NCBI GenBank assembly: GCA_963843795.1 | Contig: CAWJLW010000006.1 | Location: 3,422,375 to 3,486,374, forward strand | DNA length: 64,000 nucleotides | Source of the DNA: an uncultured bacterium | GTDB lineage: Bacteria > Armatimonadota > Abditibacteriia > Abditibacteriales > Abditibacteriaceae | Direction: 5' to 3' | Part shown: piece after piece, positions 51,597 to 60,443 of the stretch | Numbering within the stretch: position 1 is the stretch's first letter | Layout of the letters: each line of letters opens with the position of its first letter | Position numbers and translations under genes: made by a program | Notes under the pieces: generated by a model | The model's database searches: none | What the model was told of the DNA's origin: nothing | The model's input: only the letters and a program-made list of their open reading frames with translations

Positions 51597-53786
51597 TTAT
51601 CGCGGTTCCAGAATCACCGTCGTGCCACTTTGAAAGACGACGCGATTGCTGTTGATAAGTTGCTGCAATTGCGCGGCGAGATAAGTGCGCCGCTCTAAGT
51701 CGCCGATGAAAATGTGGGTGATTTTCAAGCTGCGTAGCAAGTCGGGCGCGAGTTCGGGGCGCGTGTAAATCGTTTGCGCGGCCAAATGGCGCGGCTGCAT
51801 ATCGCGGCCCAAATCGGAGCCCCAGTAAAAATTGTGCTGCGTCCATCCTAGCACATCGGGAACGCCGGTCAGCGCGGCCACGCGACCATATTCACTGTAA
51901 GAATTGAAAGTGAGTTGCGGGCCGACCGCTTCCAAAACCACGCTGTCGCGCGGCGCGTTGCGACTGAGCCAAGCAATGGCCGCTTGATCATCGGGCGACA
52001 GAAATTGCGCCCCATTAAGTGAAAGCGTACCAGTTGGATTCGTGACAAAGGCGCGATTCCACACGCAAGACAAGCTGCACGAAATCGGGATGAGCCAGAA
52101 CAGCAGCCAAAACGCGCCCGCAAGTACTTGCGCCCAGCGCGGCAAGCGTTGCAACAGCCACCACGCGCCGCACGCGCCCGCACTACCCAGCAGCAGCCAC
52201 GCTTGCACACCGAATTTAAAAACTGTGTCTTGATGGCGCAAATCGTCGCCGAAAAAACCCTGAATGTAAAAGCGTGTCGGCGCGAGTAACGCCAACATTC
52301 CGCACAGCGAAAGCAAAATCCAGAAAAGTGGAAACGCTTTGTCCGCTTCAATTTCTTCCAATTTGTCGCGGCGTGGCCACAGCGCGATGATGAAAACCGC
52401 GCCCAGCAGCCACAATCCGAAAATGCCGCCCCATAACAGCAGCCAAGAGGTGCGCGGCGGCGCCCAAAACTCTTGAACCAAGCCTTGGATTTGCGCGTGA
52501 AAAGTTTGCAAATAAGGCAGCGCCAAGAGCGGTCCCAGTGAAAATGCCGCGACCAGCCACAGCAGCGCAAACCAAATCTTTTCATCACGGCGCAACGTTA
52601 AGAGCGCCGCACCCAAACCCAGCAAACCATATAACGGCGCGTCCCAGGTGTTGGTTAGTACGAAAACGCCCAGCATCACGCCGATCAGCGCAAGTGTCGC
52701 GCGTCGCGGCCAACTTTGCACGTTGCAAGTACTTGCAACGTCAATTTCGGGCGTATCGAAAACCGCGATTTGACTGTCTGCAGATTCGTGTTTTGATTCG
52801 CGCTGACGGCGCAGTTTTTTGCGTTGCGATTTGGATAAGTGCGACCAATCGGCTTCGTTTTCCGTTGCGGCTGAGGGCGCGCTTGTGGAAATTTCAGTCG
52901 ATGGAGACGACGCGAAAAGCGCCCAACACAGCGAAAAGAAAAGCGCGGCCAATGAAAGCGCATAAAAGTGGGCGTGTGCGTCGCCCAACACCATCGTGAA
53001 CAAAGGATATTCGTTGATAGTGCCTTCAATGACACGAGAAGTTTTCCACCAATCGATCAAACTGGGCGAAAGGGGCGAAAAACCGCCCTCACTCGCTTGA
53101 CGCAACGGCTCGAAATGACCGCACAAAGCGACAATTGCCATCGACCAAGCGCCACGCCACCACGACCGCGTGAGAGCCGCGCACAACGAGGTCAGCGTCG
53201 AGATGAACAGTGCACAAAAGAGCGGCTGAATCAAGTTGTAAGCGAGATAAGTGGGCGTAGCCAACGCGCGCGCCAAATTGCCAGCCATCAGCGGGCCGAA
53301 ATAATAATAGTTGGTGAACGGCGTGCCCGCCAGCCACGGATTGGAAAACGGTAGCCAACCGGCGCGCGCCGCGCTGCCCATGAGGGCTGCGTCCATGGGC
53401 TTTTCCATATCCGACACGACGGGATAACGCAGACGAATCCACAAAAAAGCCAAATACGCCAGAAGGAAAACCGCGTCCGAAACCCACAGCGCCCGCCGAT
53501 TTTCGCCTTTCCACTGCTGAAATTCGGTGGTGCGCGCGAAACGCCACCACAAAGCGATGGGCACTCCCACAAATAAAACCGGCGCCAATTGCAGCGACGC
53601 GATGTGCAAAATTGATAGCTCGAAGCTCAACAGCGTCAGTAAAACGATGAGTAGCACGCGCCCCGCCGCCAGCCCACCATCGGGCAAATTGGGGAAGATG
53701 CGCCGCGAAAAGGGCAACGCGGCGTGGCCGAGTGCGGTCGTGGCGAGAAGCCAGATAAAAATGAGGGCGATGGTCGAAAAATCCAC
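51597..53786 (-). CDS. DUF2298 / YYY-motif membrane protein (GT-C-like)
   Basis: EKPMD, NPWLAG, NYYYFG, TINEYP, DAHAH, NTWD, TVFKF. Confidence 0.85.
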   Translation of the reverse strand: MDFSTIALIFIWLLATTALGHAALPFSRRIFPNLPDGGLAAGRVLLIVLLTLLSFELSILHIASLQLAPVLFVGVPIALWWRFARTTEFQQWKGENRRALWVSDAVFLLAYLAFLWIRLRYPVVSDMEKPMDAALMGSAARAGWLPFSNPWLAGTPFTNYYYFGPLMAGNLARALATPTYLAYNLIQPLFCALFISTLTSLCAALTRSWWRGAWSMAIVALCGHFEPLRQASEGGFSPLSPSLIDWWKTSRVIEGTINEYPLFTMVLGDAHAHFYALSLAALFFSLCWALFASSPSTEISTSAPSAATENEADWSHLSKSQRKKLRRQRESKHESADSQIAVFDTPEIDVASTCNVQSWPRRATLALIGVMLGVFVLTNTWDAPLYGLLGLGAALLTLRRDEKIWFALLWLVAAFSLGPLLALPYLQTFHAQIQGLVQEFWAPPRTSWLLLWGGIFGLWLLGAVFIIALWPRRDKLEEIEADKAFPLFWILLSLCGMLALLAPTRFYIQGFFGDDLRHQDTVFKFGVQAWLLLGSAGACGAWWLLQRLPRWAQVLAGAFWLLFWLIPISCSLSCVWNRAFVTNPTGTLSLNGAQFLSPDDQAAIAWLSRNAPRDSVVLEAVGPQLTFNSYSEYGRVAALTGVPDVLGWTQHNFYWGSDLGRDMQPRHLAAQTIYTRPELAPDLLRSLKITHIFIGDLERRTYLAAQLQQLINSNRVVFQSGTTVILEPR

Positions 53787-53876
53787 ACGCGCAGTTTAAC
53801 GGCACAAGCAGCGGAGCAGTGCAAAGAAGCGGCGCAAATTGTGGTTGCAAGTACTTGCAGCTACATACAAACGCGA

Positions 53877-53908
53877 AAACTCTCCGGCGAAAGTTTGCCG
53901 GAGAGTTT
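53877..53908 (-). terminator. Intrinsic terminator after degP
   Basis: AAACTCTCCGGC...GCCGGAGAGTTT. Confidence 0.65.
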
Positions 53909-53921
53909 CGGTTTAGCACTT

Positions 53922-55610
53922 TTAGGAAAGGTTATCGGTTTTTTGCGGCACTTTGATGAGATTGTAAACACTAACGCCATCAGCATCTTTCGATTGCACC
54001 AGCACGCGGGCACCGGGCGTAAAAGTCTTTTCCAATTTCAGGTAAGCGGCCTTATTGGGCACCGCTTGCCATGCGCCACCATTGACGCGCAAACGCGCAA
54101 TAATCAGGCCGCGTCGCAAATCGGCTTCATCGGCGGGCGAGCCGGGCGTGAGATCGCGAATCGCCAAACCGCCGGTCGATGGCTTAAAGCCAAATAATCC
54201 GCGCTCGGATTCGGTGAGTTTGCTCGAATCAGACAGGTCAAGGCCTAAGGGCGTCGCGTTGGCGTCAACTGACAGTTTGGGCGTTGGCGTTTGTTCGCCG
54301 GGACGCGTTCCGAGCTTAAGAGCGATCTGCTTTTTTTCAATCGTGTTGCCAACCGGACGCACAACGGAAAGATTCAGGGTCGTGCCCGGCGCTTTGGACG
54401 ACACATAACGGCGAAATTCTTCGCTGCTGGTCGCGGGTTGGCCATCGACCGAAGTGATGATGTCATCGACTTGTAGGCCAGCATCTTTGGCGGGTCCAAT
54501 CGGCTTGCCATCTTCTTCGGGCAGCATGCCTATGTGCATTCCACCTTCGATACCGAACTCTTCGGCCACGCCGGGATTGAGGCGCATGAAGGAAATGCCC
54601 AGAAAACCGCGCTGGATCGTTTTGCCTTCCATCAAACGCGGCAAATAATTTTTCACCGTATTCGACGGCACAGCGAAGCCGATACCGACGTTAAAACGCG
54701 AAGGCGACAGAATCGCCGTGTTGACGCCGATGACTTTGCCATCCAAATCGAACAATGGGCCGCCCGAATTGCCGGGATTGATCGAAGCATCGGTTTGAAT
54801 GTAATCTTGCAGCGACGCGCCACTTTTGCCGTCCAAATGGCGACTCTTGGCCGAAACCACGCCGACCGTGACGCTTTGCGCCTGCGAGAAGGGAGCGCCG
54901 ATGGCAATCGTCCATTCACCCGTTCGCACAGCATCAGAATCGCCGAACTGCACCGGCTGCAAATTAGCAATTGGGCGGTTGAGTTTCAGGACCGCTAAAT
55001 CGCTATCTTCATCAAAGCCCACTACAGTGGCCGAAGGGTTATCGGGCTGCTCGGAATCCGCGTTGAACAAAACGCGCACAAAGCTCGCGCCGCGCACGAC
55101 GTGATAATTGGTGAGAATGTAGCCTTCGCGCGAAATCACCATGCCGGTTCCCAAAGCGCGCGGACGGGCGCGCGGGTCGGTTTGACCAAAAGGAAACGGC
55201 ATGCCAAACGGCGCATCGCCTTCGTCTTCTTCATCGGGATCAGCGGGTGCCGGTTTGGTTTTGGAATCGGGCTTTTTCGGATCGGTTTTTTTGCTGTCCG
55301 GTTTTTCTGTGCTACTGCTATCGTTGCCGCTTGGGTTGCGCTGCGATTCGATGGTCACGACGCTGCCACGCACACGCTGAGCCACGCGCACGAACGCTTC
55401 CTGTACCGCATCGGCAGCACGCAACGAACTTCCAGGCGCAGCGGTATTGGTTTCGGCAGTGTTACCGACCGTCGGCGTAGCGGGCAAAGGGGCGCTGTTC
55501 GCATCGTTTTGAGCGTGCACGCCCGAAAGCGGCGTCAACAAAACCGATAAAGCAAAAAAAGAGGCCGCACGAGAAACGAGAAGGCGCGAGCGCAGGGGAG
55601 ATGAAATCAT
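53922..55610 (-). CDS. degP: HtrA/DegP-family periplasmic serine protease
   Basis: Signal peptide, TNYHVV, DLAVL, TDASINPGNSGGP, two PDZ-like domains. Confidence 0.92.
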   Translation of the reverse strand: MISSPLRSRLLVSRAASFFALSVLLTPLSGVHAQNDANSAPLPATPTVGNTAETNTAAPGSSLRAADAVQEAFVRVAQRVRGSVVTIESQRNPSGNDSSSTEKPDSKKTDPKKPDSKTKPAPADPDEEDEGDAPFGMPFPFGQTDPRARPRALGTGMVISREGYILTNYHVVRGASFVRVLFNADSEQPDNPSATVVGFDEDSDLAVLKLNRPIANLQPVQFGDSDAVRTGEWTIAIGAPFSQAQSVTVGVVSAKSRHLDGKSGASLQDYIQTDASINPGNSGGPLFDLDGKVIGVNTAILSPSRFNVGIGFAVPSNTVKNYLPRLMEGKTIQRGFLGISFMRLNPGVAEEFGIEGGMHIGMLPEEDGKPIGPAKDAGLQVDDIITSVDGQPATSSEEFRRYVSSKAPGTTLNLSVVRPVGNTIEKKQIALKLGTRPGEQTPTPKLSVDANATPLGLDLSDSSKLTESERGLFGFKPSTGGLAIRDLTPGSPADEADLRRGLIIARLRVNGGAWQAVPNKAAYLKLEKTFTPGARVLVQSKDADGVSVYNLIKVPQKTDNLS

Positions 55611-55854
55611 GGTTCCTCCAACAAAAGTGTGGAATTTAGGAGTTAAAAGGCAAGGTTAAAAGCAAGGTTAAAATAACGTTTGCAAAGCGACTATTGTTGA
55701 CAGCGCGAATGGCATTACGGTTCCGCTCATATCATTTGGAACTGCTGATGCAGAACCGCTTGATGAAACTCCGGCAAGTACGTGCCAAAAAACAACGACC
55801 GCCAGAGCTTTTCTGGCGGTCGTGCAGTTGGCCCTGCAAGTACTTGCAGGCTGA

Positions 55855-56712
55855 TTATGAATCTTGGTCGAACTGCTCGCGCATTTCCATCACTGCCGCA
55901 CGATGGCGCGCACTCGCACGCTGACGCAAGTTATCCACAGCGATATACGCACCGATTTCGGCATACATCGCCATGCGATAGCGCACGCCGCGCCACACGC
56001 CAATTTTTTCTTCCTTGATCGGATGCGTTACATCGTTTAGCGCGACTTCGCGCACCGTCAATTTCCATGCGTGGCGCACATAGCGCGTTATCGCGGTTTC
56101 AACTCCAAAGCGCGAGCGCGTTAAATCGGGCACGGCTAAAAACACATCGCGTCGAATCGCGCGCTGTCCGGTGATCGCGGCGATTTTGCGATGGCACAGA
56201 CTCAGCCACCAACCAACTGCGCCCCCGCGCGCGGTACCGAATAGGCCCAGCGTCATATCGGCGCGCTCGCGCGGATTTTCGACGCACATCGGTTCCAGCA
56301 TCGCATCGACTTGTTCGCTGCGCAAACCGATGAGATCGGCGTCTAAAAAAAGTAAAATTTCACATTCGGTGCGCAAAGCACCGTGCGTCATCGCGCCGCC
56401 CTTGCCCAAATTTTGTTCGAGCTCAATGACGCGAATAATCGGGCGCGGCGCCTGAGAGTTATGCACGAACCACGAGGCGAAACCGCGCGCCTCATCGGCG
56501 GTGGTATCGTCGCAACCATCGGTTACAACAATTAGTTCATCGACGCGCTGCGCACCCGCGACAGCTTTGAGTACATTAGTGATGCGCCCCGCCTCATTAT
56601 AGGCCGGAATAATGGCGGCACAACGTAAAACGTTGGAAGCAGGAGCGTTGGAAACTCGGGATGGATTGGAAAAAGAAGTGTTGCGTTGCGGGGTGAAGAT
56701 GTCGTCGGCCAT
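55855..56712 (-). CDS. Glycosyltransferase family 2
   Basis: IIPAYNE, NLGKGGAM, LFLDADL, TGQRA, FGVE. Confidence 0.88.
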   Translation of the reverse strand: MADDIFTPQRNTSFSNPSRVSNAPASNVLRCAAIIPAYNEAGRITNVLKAVAGAQRVDELIVVTDGCDDTTADEARGFASWFVHNSQAPRPIIRVIELEQNLGKGGAMTHGALRTECEILLFLDADLIGLRSEQVDAMLEPMCVENPRERADMTLGLFGTARGGAVGWWLSLCHRKIAAITGQRAIRRDVFLAVPDLTRSRFGVETAITRYVRHAWKLTVREVALNDVTHPIKEEKIGVWRGVRYRMAMYAEIGAYIAVDNLRQRASARHRAAVMEMREQFDQDS

Positions 56713-56829
56713 AGTCGAAAATAGCACGGCGCCGGACGAAGAGTGCCGCGTCCGGCGCCGTGCAAAATTTGGGGCGATTTCCAATATCGCTATCTCAGAA
56801 CTGCTGCGATTTGCGTCTCGAAAGGCGCT

Positions 56830-57159
56830 TTAATTGTTCAGCACTTCTTCGACTTTGGACGACAACTGCGATTCGTTCATATAACCAACGGCCTGATTAA
56901 CGACTTGACCATCTTTGAAGAAGATCAGGTTTGGAATGCTCATTACACCATATTTCATGGCGACATCCTGATTTTCATCGACGTTGCATTTGACGACTTT
57001 AAGTTGACCGGTGAATTTTTGCGCCACTTTGTCCAAAACCGGCGACAACATTTTGCACGGTTGGCACCATTCGGCCCAAAAATCAACGACAACTACGTTG
57101 TCGGCATCGACGACTTCGCTTTCAAAGTTACCTGTTCCCACTGCTGCGACTTCAGCCAT
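56830..57159 (-). CDS. trxA: Thioredoxin
   Basis: VDFWAEWCQPCKM, YGVMSIPNLIFFKDG; GGAG SD before ATG 57159. Confidence 0.93.
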   Translation of the reverse strand: MAEVAAVGTGNFESEVVDADNVVVVDFWAEWCQPCKMLSPVLDKVAQKFTGQLKVVKCNVDENQDVAMKYGVMSIPNLIFFKDGQVVNQAVGYMNESQLSSKVEEVLNN

Positions 57160-57332
57160 AATTTGTTCTCCTTGACACTGCGATTCAAAGCTCGCTTGAA
57201 AATTCATTAACGAAAATCTCAAACGAAACTGCGCGCACTCCGTGCCATATCCGATAATTTTCTACTGGTTCTTATTTTCTACCGCCAAGCACCTGCAAGT
57301 ACTTGCCAACCGCTTTTCACCGAATTAACCGG

Positions 57333-58511
57333 TTAAAACAGTGGTTTGCTGCGCGCGCGTGGCACTTCGCGCGCAGTTTTTTGGTATGCACGATGCGCGC
57401 CCACCAGGCGCAAAAACAGCGTATCCAGAGCAAGATTTGCGTTGGCGTTCCGCAAAATATAGTGACGTGTTTTGCCGATTTGGTCAAGACCTTCGGCCCA
57501 AATCGGTGCCATTTGAGCCTGATTCGCATTCAAAGAATGCAGCCAGCGCACCCGATAAGCGTTCGACAATTCGTCCAAAAAACGCATCAACTGTGCCCGC
57601 ACCAGTGCACGCCCCAATTTCCTATCGCCTTCCTCATCGCTGTCATTGCCAGCCACACGCACACGATTGATCTGATCTTCTTCGCCCCAGCGCTCGGCAA
57701 GGACTTGCGCGTCTTCGCTCAATTTCAACGCTCCGACCGGCACGCCGCGTTCGATGCGCTGCATGAACTGCACCAGCTCATCGGCACGCGAAATCACTTT
57801 ACCACCGCTTTGCAGCGCTGCAACTTCTTGTTCGGCAGCCAGTTTCGCCCGTCCGGGCCGACCGGCGCAACGCAACAAAACACGCTCGATGGCATCGGGC
57901 GTCAAATCTGGCCACTGGCTTTGTAACCAAGCGCGCATTTCACGCTGCGAAACCACGCCCAAGGGAACTTCCCAGCAGCGAGAACGAATCGTGTCCAAAA
58001 GTTGCGCCGGTTGATCGGTCAAAAGTACGATTTTCAAGCCCTCAATCGGCTCTTCAAAAGTTTTCAGCAGCGAATTTTGCGCGTTCTCGTTCATGCGGTC
58101 GGCCTGCTGTATGATCATCACCTTGCGCGGTCCGCTGGTGGGCCGATAAGTCGCTTCGGTGAAAAAATCGCGCGCGCTTTCCATCAAAATCCGGCTCGAA
58201 TCGAGGGCTTCTGGTGCTGTGACCGGATTGGTTTTCGACACAATCGGACGACATACTCGAAAATCGGGGAAAGTTTCGATTTCGACTTGATGACACGTCC
58301 GACAAACGCCGCACGGCGCGGGCAAATCTCTCTCGTTTTCCAAGCTGTGTGGGCACAACAACAACTGGGCGAAACGCAACGCAAACGTCCATTTTCCCAC
58401 TTGCGATGGGCCGGTAATCAGCATTGTTTGCGGAATCTGATCGCGCGCAAAAGCACGGCGCAATGCGCGCCATTTCGCTTCGTGGCCAAGTAGAATCATT
58501 GAATCACTCAT
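57333..58511 (-). CDS. holB: DNA polymerase III delta-prime subunit
   Basis: TGPSQVGK, PCGVCRTC, NSLLKTFEEP, TIRSRC. Confidence 0.9.
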   Translation of the reverse strand: MSDSMILLGHEAKWRALRRAFARDQIPQTMLITGPSQVGKWTFALRFAQLLLCPHSLENERDLPAPCGVCRTCHQVEIETFPDFRVCRPIVSKTNPVTAPEALDSSRILMESARDFFTEATYRPTSGPRKVMIIQQADRMNENAQNSLLKTFEEPIEGLKIVLLTDQPAQLLDTIRSRCWEVPLGVVSQREMRAWLQSQWPDLTPDAIERVLLRCAGRPGRAKLAAEQEVAALQSGGKVISRADELVQFMQRIERGVPVGALKLSEDAQVLAERWGEEDQINRVRVAGNDSDEEGDRKLGRALVRAQLMRFLDELSNAYRVRWLHSLNANQAQMAPIWAEGLDQIGKTRHYILRNANANLALDTLFLRLVGAHRAYQKTAREVPRARSKPLF

Positions 58512-58550
58512 AAAATGATGCTGCAAGTACTTGCAGAGCGAAATTGGAGT

Positions 58551-59366
58551 TTATGTGGTGCCGAAATGGGGCAGCAGAGCGCTGGGATCAATTGCATCAT
58601 GCGGCAGTTGATAACGATTATCAGTCGAAATGCGCAATCGATTTCCGCTTAAATTCGGCAGCGCTTTGTGAATTGTGAAAGCGTGAAAAAACAAGGCGTC
58701 GCCCGCGCGGAAATCACACGTATGCCAATCGGCCTGACTTTCATCGACCGGAACGCCACGCCCACCGACTGCACCCGGCGAAACTTCGCTGTGTTCCAGA
58801 AAACCGCGCTTGTGAGATCCACTCCAAACCGCTAGACCGCCCAAACTTTGCGGACAATCGCCCAGAGGCATCCAACAAGAATACGTATTTTCGCTGCCGC
58901 GAATATAAAAATGATCTTGATGGGCGGGCGTCGTGGCGACTTGAAAATTGGGAAACGTGATGCGCCCGATGCGGCGCGGATGTGTCAAAACTTCTTCGCT
59001 ATCGCAGCCCAAAACGCGGGAGGCGATTTCTAACAGTGGCGCTTGCTGTGGGAAATCGTGAAAGCGCGGCAACTTTAAAACCTGCCGATAAACCTTCATA
59101 TAGTCGGGATGACCTTCGCTAGTTGGCGGCTGCGCCGGTCGCACCACAGCATCCATGAGGTCGTAATCGGGATGCAGCCAACCGGCTTCACGACACAATT
59201 GTAAAACATCGCGCCGCACATCCAAAACCGATTCCTCTGGCACTAAATCGCGAAAAAACAAGTAGCCATTTTCGTCCATGCGCGCGCGCAAAACCGCGTC
59301 GTTCTCACTCGGCGTCGATTCGATGAACGGCGCATAAGTATCCGAAGTTGCAGTGGCAGTTGTCAT
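58551..59366 (-). CDS. Phytanoyl-CoA dioxygenase family (2OG-Fe(II))
   Basis: ENGYLFFR, TPAHQD, GSHK, AGDALFFH..TIH..RISTD. Confidence 0.9.
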   Translation of the reverse strand: MTTATATSDTYAPFIESTPSENDAVLRARMDENGYLFFRDLVPEESVLDVRRDVLQLCREAGWLHPDYDLMDAVVRPAQPPTSEGHPDYMKVYRQVLKLPRFHDFPQQAPLLEIASRVLGCDSEEVLTHPRRIGRITFPNFQVATTPAHQDHFYIRGSENTYSCWMPLGDCPQSLGGLAVWSGSHKRGFLEHSEVSPGAVGGRGVPVDESQADWHTCDFRAGDALFFHAFTIHKALPNLSGNRLRISTDNRYQLPHDAIDPSALLPHFGTT

Positions 59367-59470
59367 AATTTCGTCTCCCAATCGAAGATACAACTCAGCT
59401 TATTCTCTCACAAATCGGCCTGCAAGTACTTGCAGTGCAAAATTCAATTTGCTTTGATGAATCGAAATGT

Positions 59471-59506
59471 GAAAGCGGCTCTGCAAGTACTTGCAGAGCC
59501 GCTTTC
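59471..59506 (-). terminator. 36-bp perfect palindrome with GCAAGTACTTGC core
   Basis: GAAAGCGGCTCT-GCAAGTACTTGC-AGAGCCGCTTTC, 19 bp after the stop of the MBL gene. Confidence 0.75.
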
Positions 59507-59525
59507 GCCTACATTGATAAAAATT

Positions 59526-60404
59526 TCAAGCGCGGTTTTTCTTGCCACGCTTCGACCACAACCAAAATGCCAATCCGCTCAATATGATTGCCTTGCGCCA
59601 ATCGAAAGGCTTCGGTGGCACGGCGACCACGCCGCTTTCGTCAGTTTGCGCGGCTTCAAATTCGTAACGTCCACTCGGCGGCACGTAAGCTTCGGCCACC
59701 ATGCGCGTGGCGTCAGCGATGTCGTGGCCGGCCATCGGTACGCCGTGACCGCACGCCAGAATGCGCGGCTTCAAAGCGGCCAATTTCTCCATCGAACTTT
59801 TCACCGCGTCGAAATCGCAATTGAACGCGTTGGGCGCGGCATAAACCTCAGGGCCTTCGAGCAAACTTGGCCAATCGTTCATTGCCAAAGTCGTAAACGC
59901 ATCGCCCGCGATTAAAGTGCGATCACTTTCGCGGAACAGCGAAATATGTCCTGGAGCGTGGCCGGGCGTTTCCAGAATTTCCCACTGCTCGCGCAAGGGC
60001 GATTGCCATTCTTCCAAAGGATGGATATGTGGCGTTAAATCGAGCTTCAAAGGCGGCGTGAGGCGCGCTAAAATCGAAGATGGGCCACCAACCGTCGGAT
60101 CGGCGGGCGGATAAGCGGAAATGCCGGTGAGATAAGGCAATTCCAACGTGTGAGCGTAAATCGGCACGTCCCACATTTTCGCCAGTTCCAGTGCGCTACC
60201 CGCGTGGTCGAAATGGCCATGCGTTAAAACAATCGCACTGGGGCGCGCGCCGATGCCGAAACGCTTTTCAATATTATCGCGAATCATAGTGGCGGTTTTG
60301 GGCACGCCAGTATCGATTAAAACCCAGTCGTCGCGCTCGCCAATCGCATACACATTGACAAATACATCGGTGAGATAGCTCACGCCATCAGCAATTTCGT
60401 TCAT
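59526..60404 (-). CDS. MBL-fold metallo-hydrolase
   Basis: LIDTG, THGHFDHAG, TPGHAPGH, IAGDA, CGHG. Confidence 0.92.
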   Translation of the reverse strand: MNEIADGVSYLTDVFVNVYAIGERDDWVLIDTGVPKTATMIRDNIEKRFGIGARPSAIVLTHGHFDHAGSALELAKMWDVPIYAHTLELPYLTGISAYPPADPTVGGPSSILARLTPPLKLDLTPHIHPLEEWQSPLREQWEILETPGHAPGHISLFRESDRTLIAGDAFTTLAMNDWPSLLEGPEVYAAPNAFNCDFDAVKSSMEKLAALKPRILACGHGVPMAGHDIADATRMVAEAYVPPSGRYEFEAAQTDESGVVAVPPKPFDWRKAIILSGLAFWLWSKRGKKNRA

Positions 60405-60443
60405 TTTTCACCAACCTTCCCGGCAAGTACTCGCAGCCTGCGT

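Noticed and set aside
56830..57159. Thioredoxin WCQPC instead of WCGPC as a novelty
   Set aside because: Variation within CXXC is common and the rest of the protein is ordinary.
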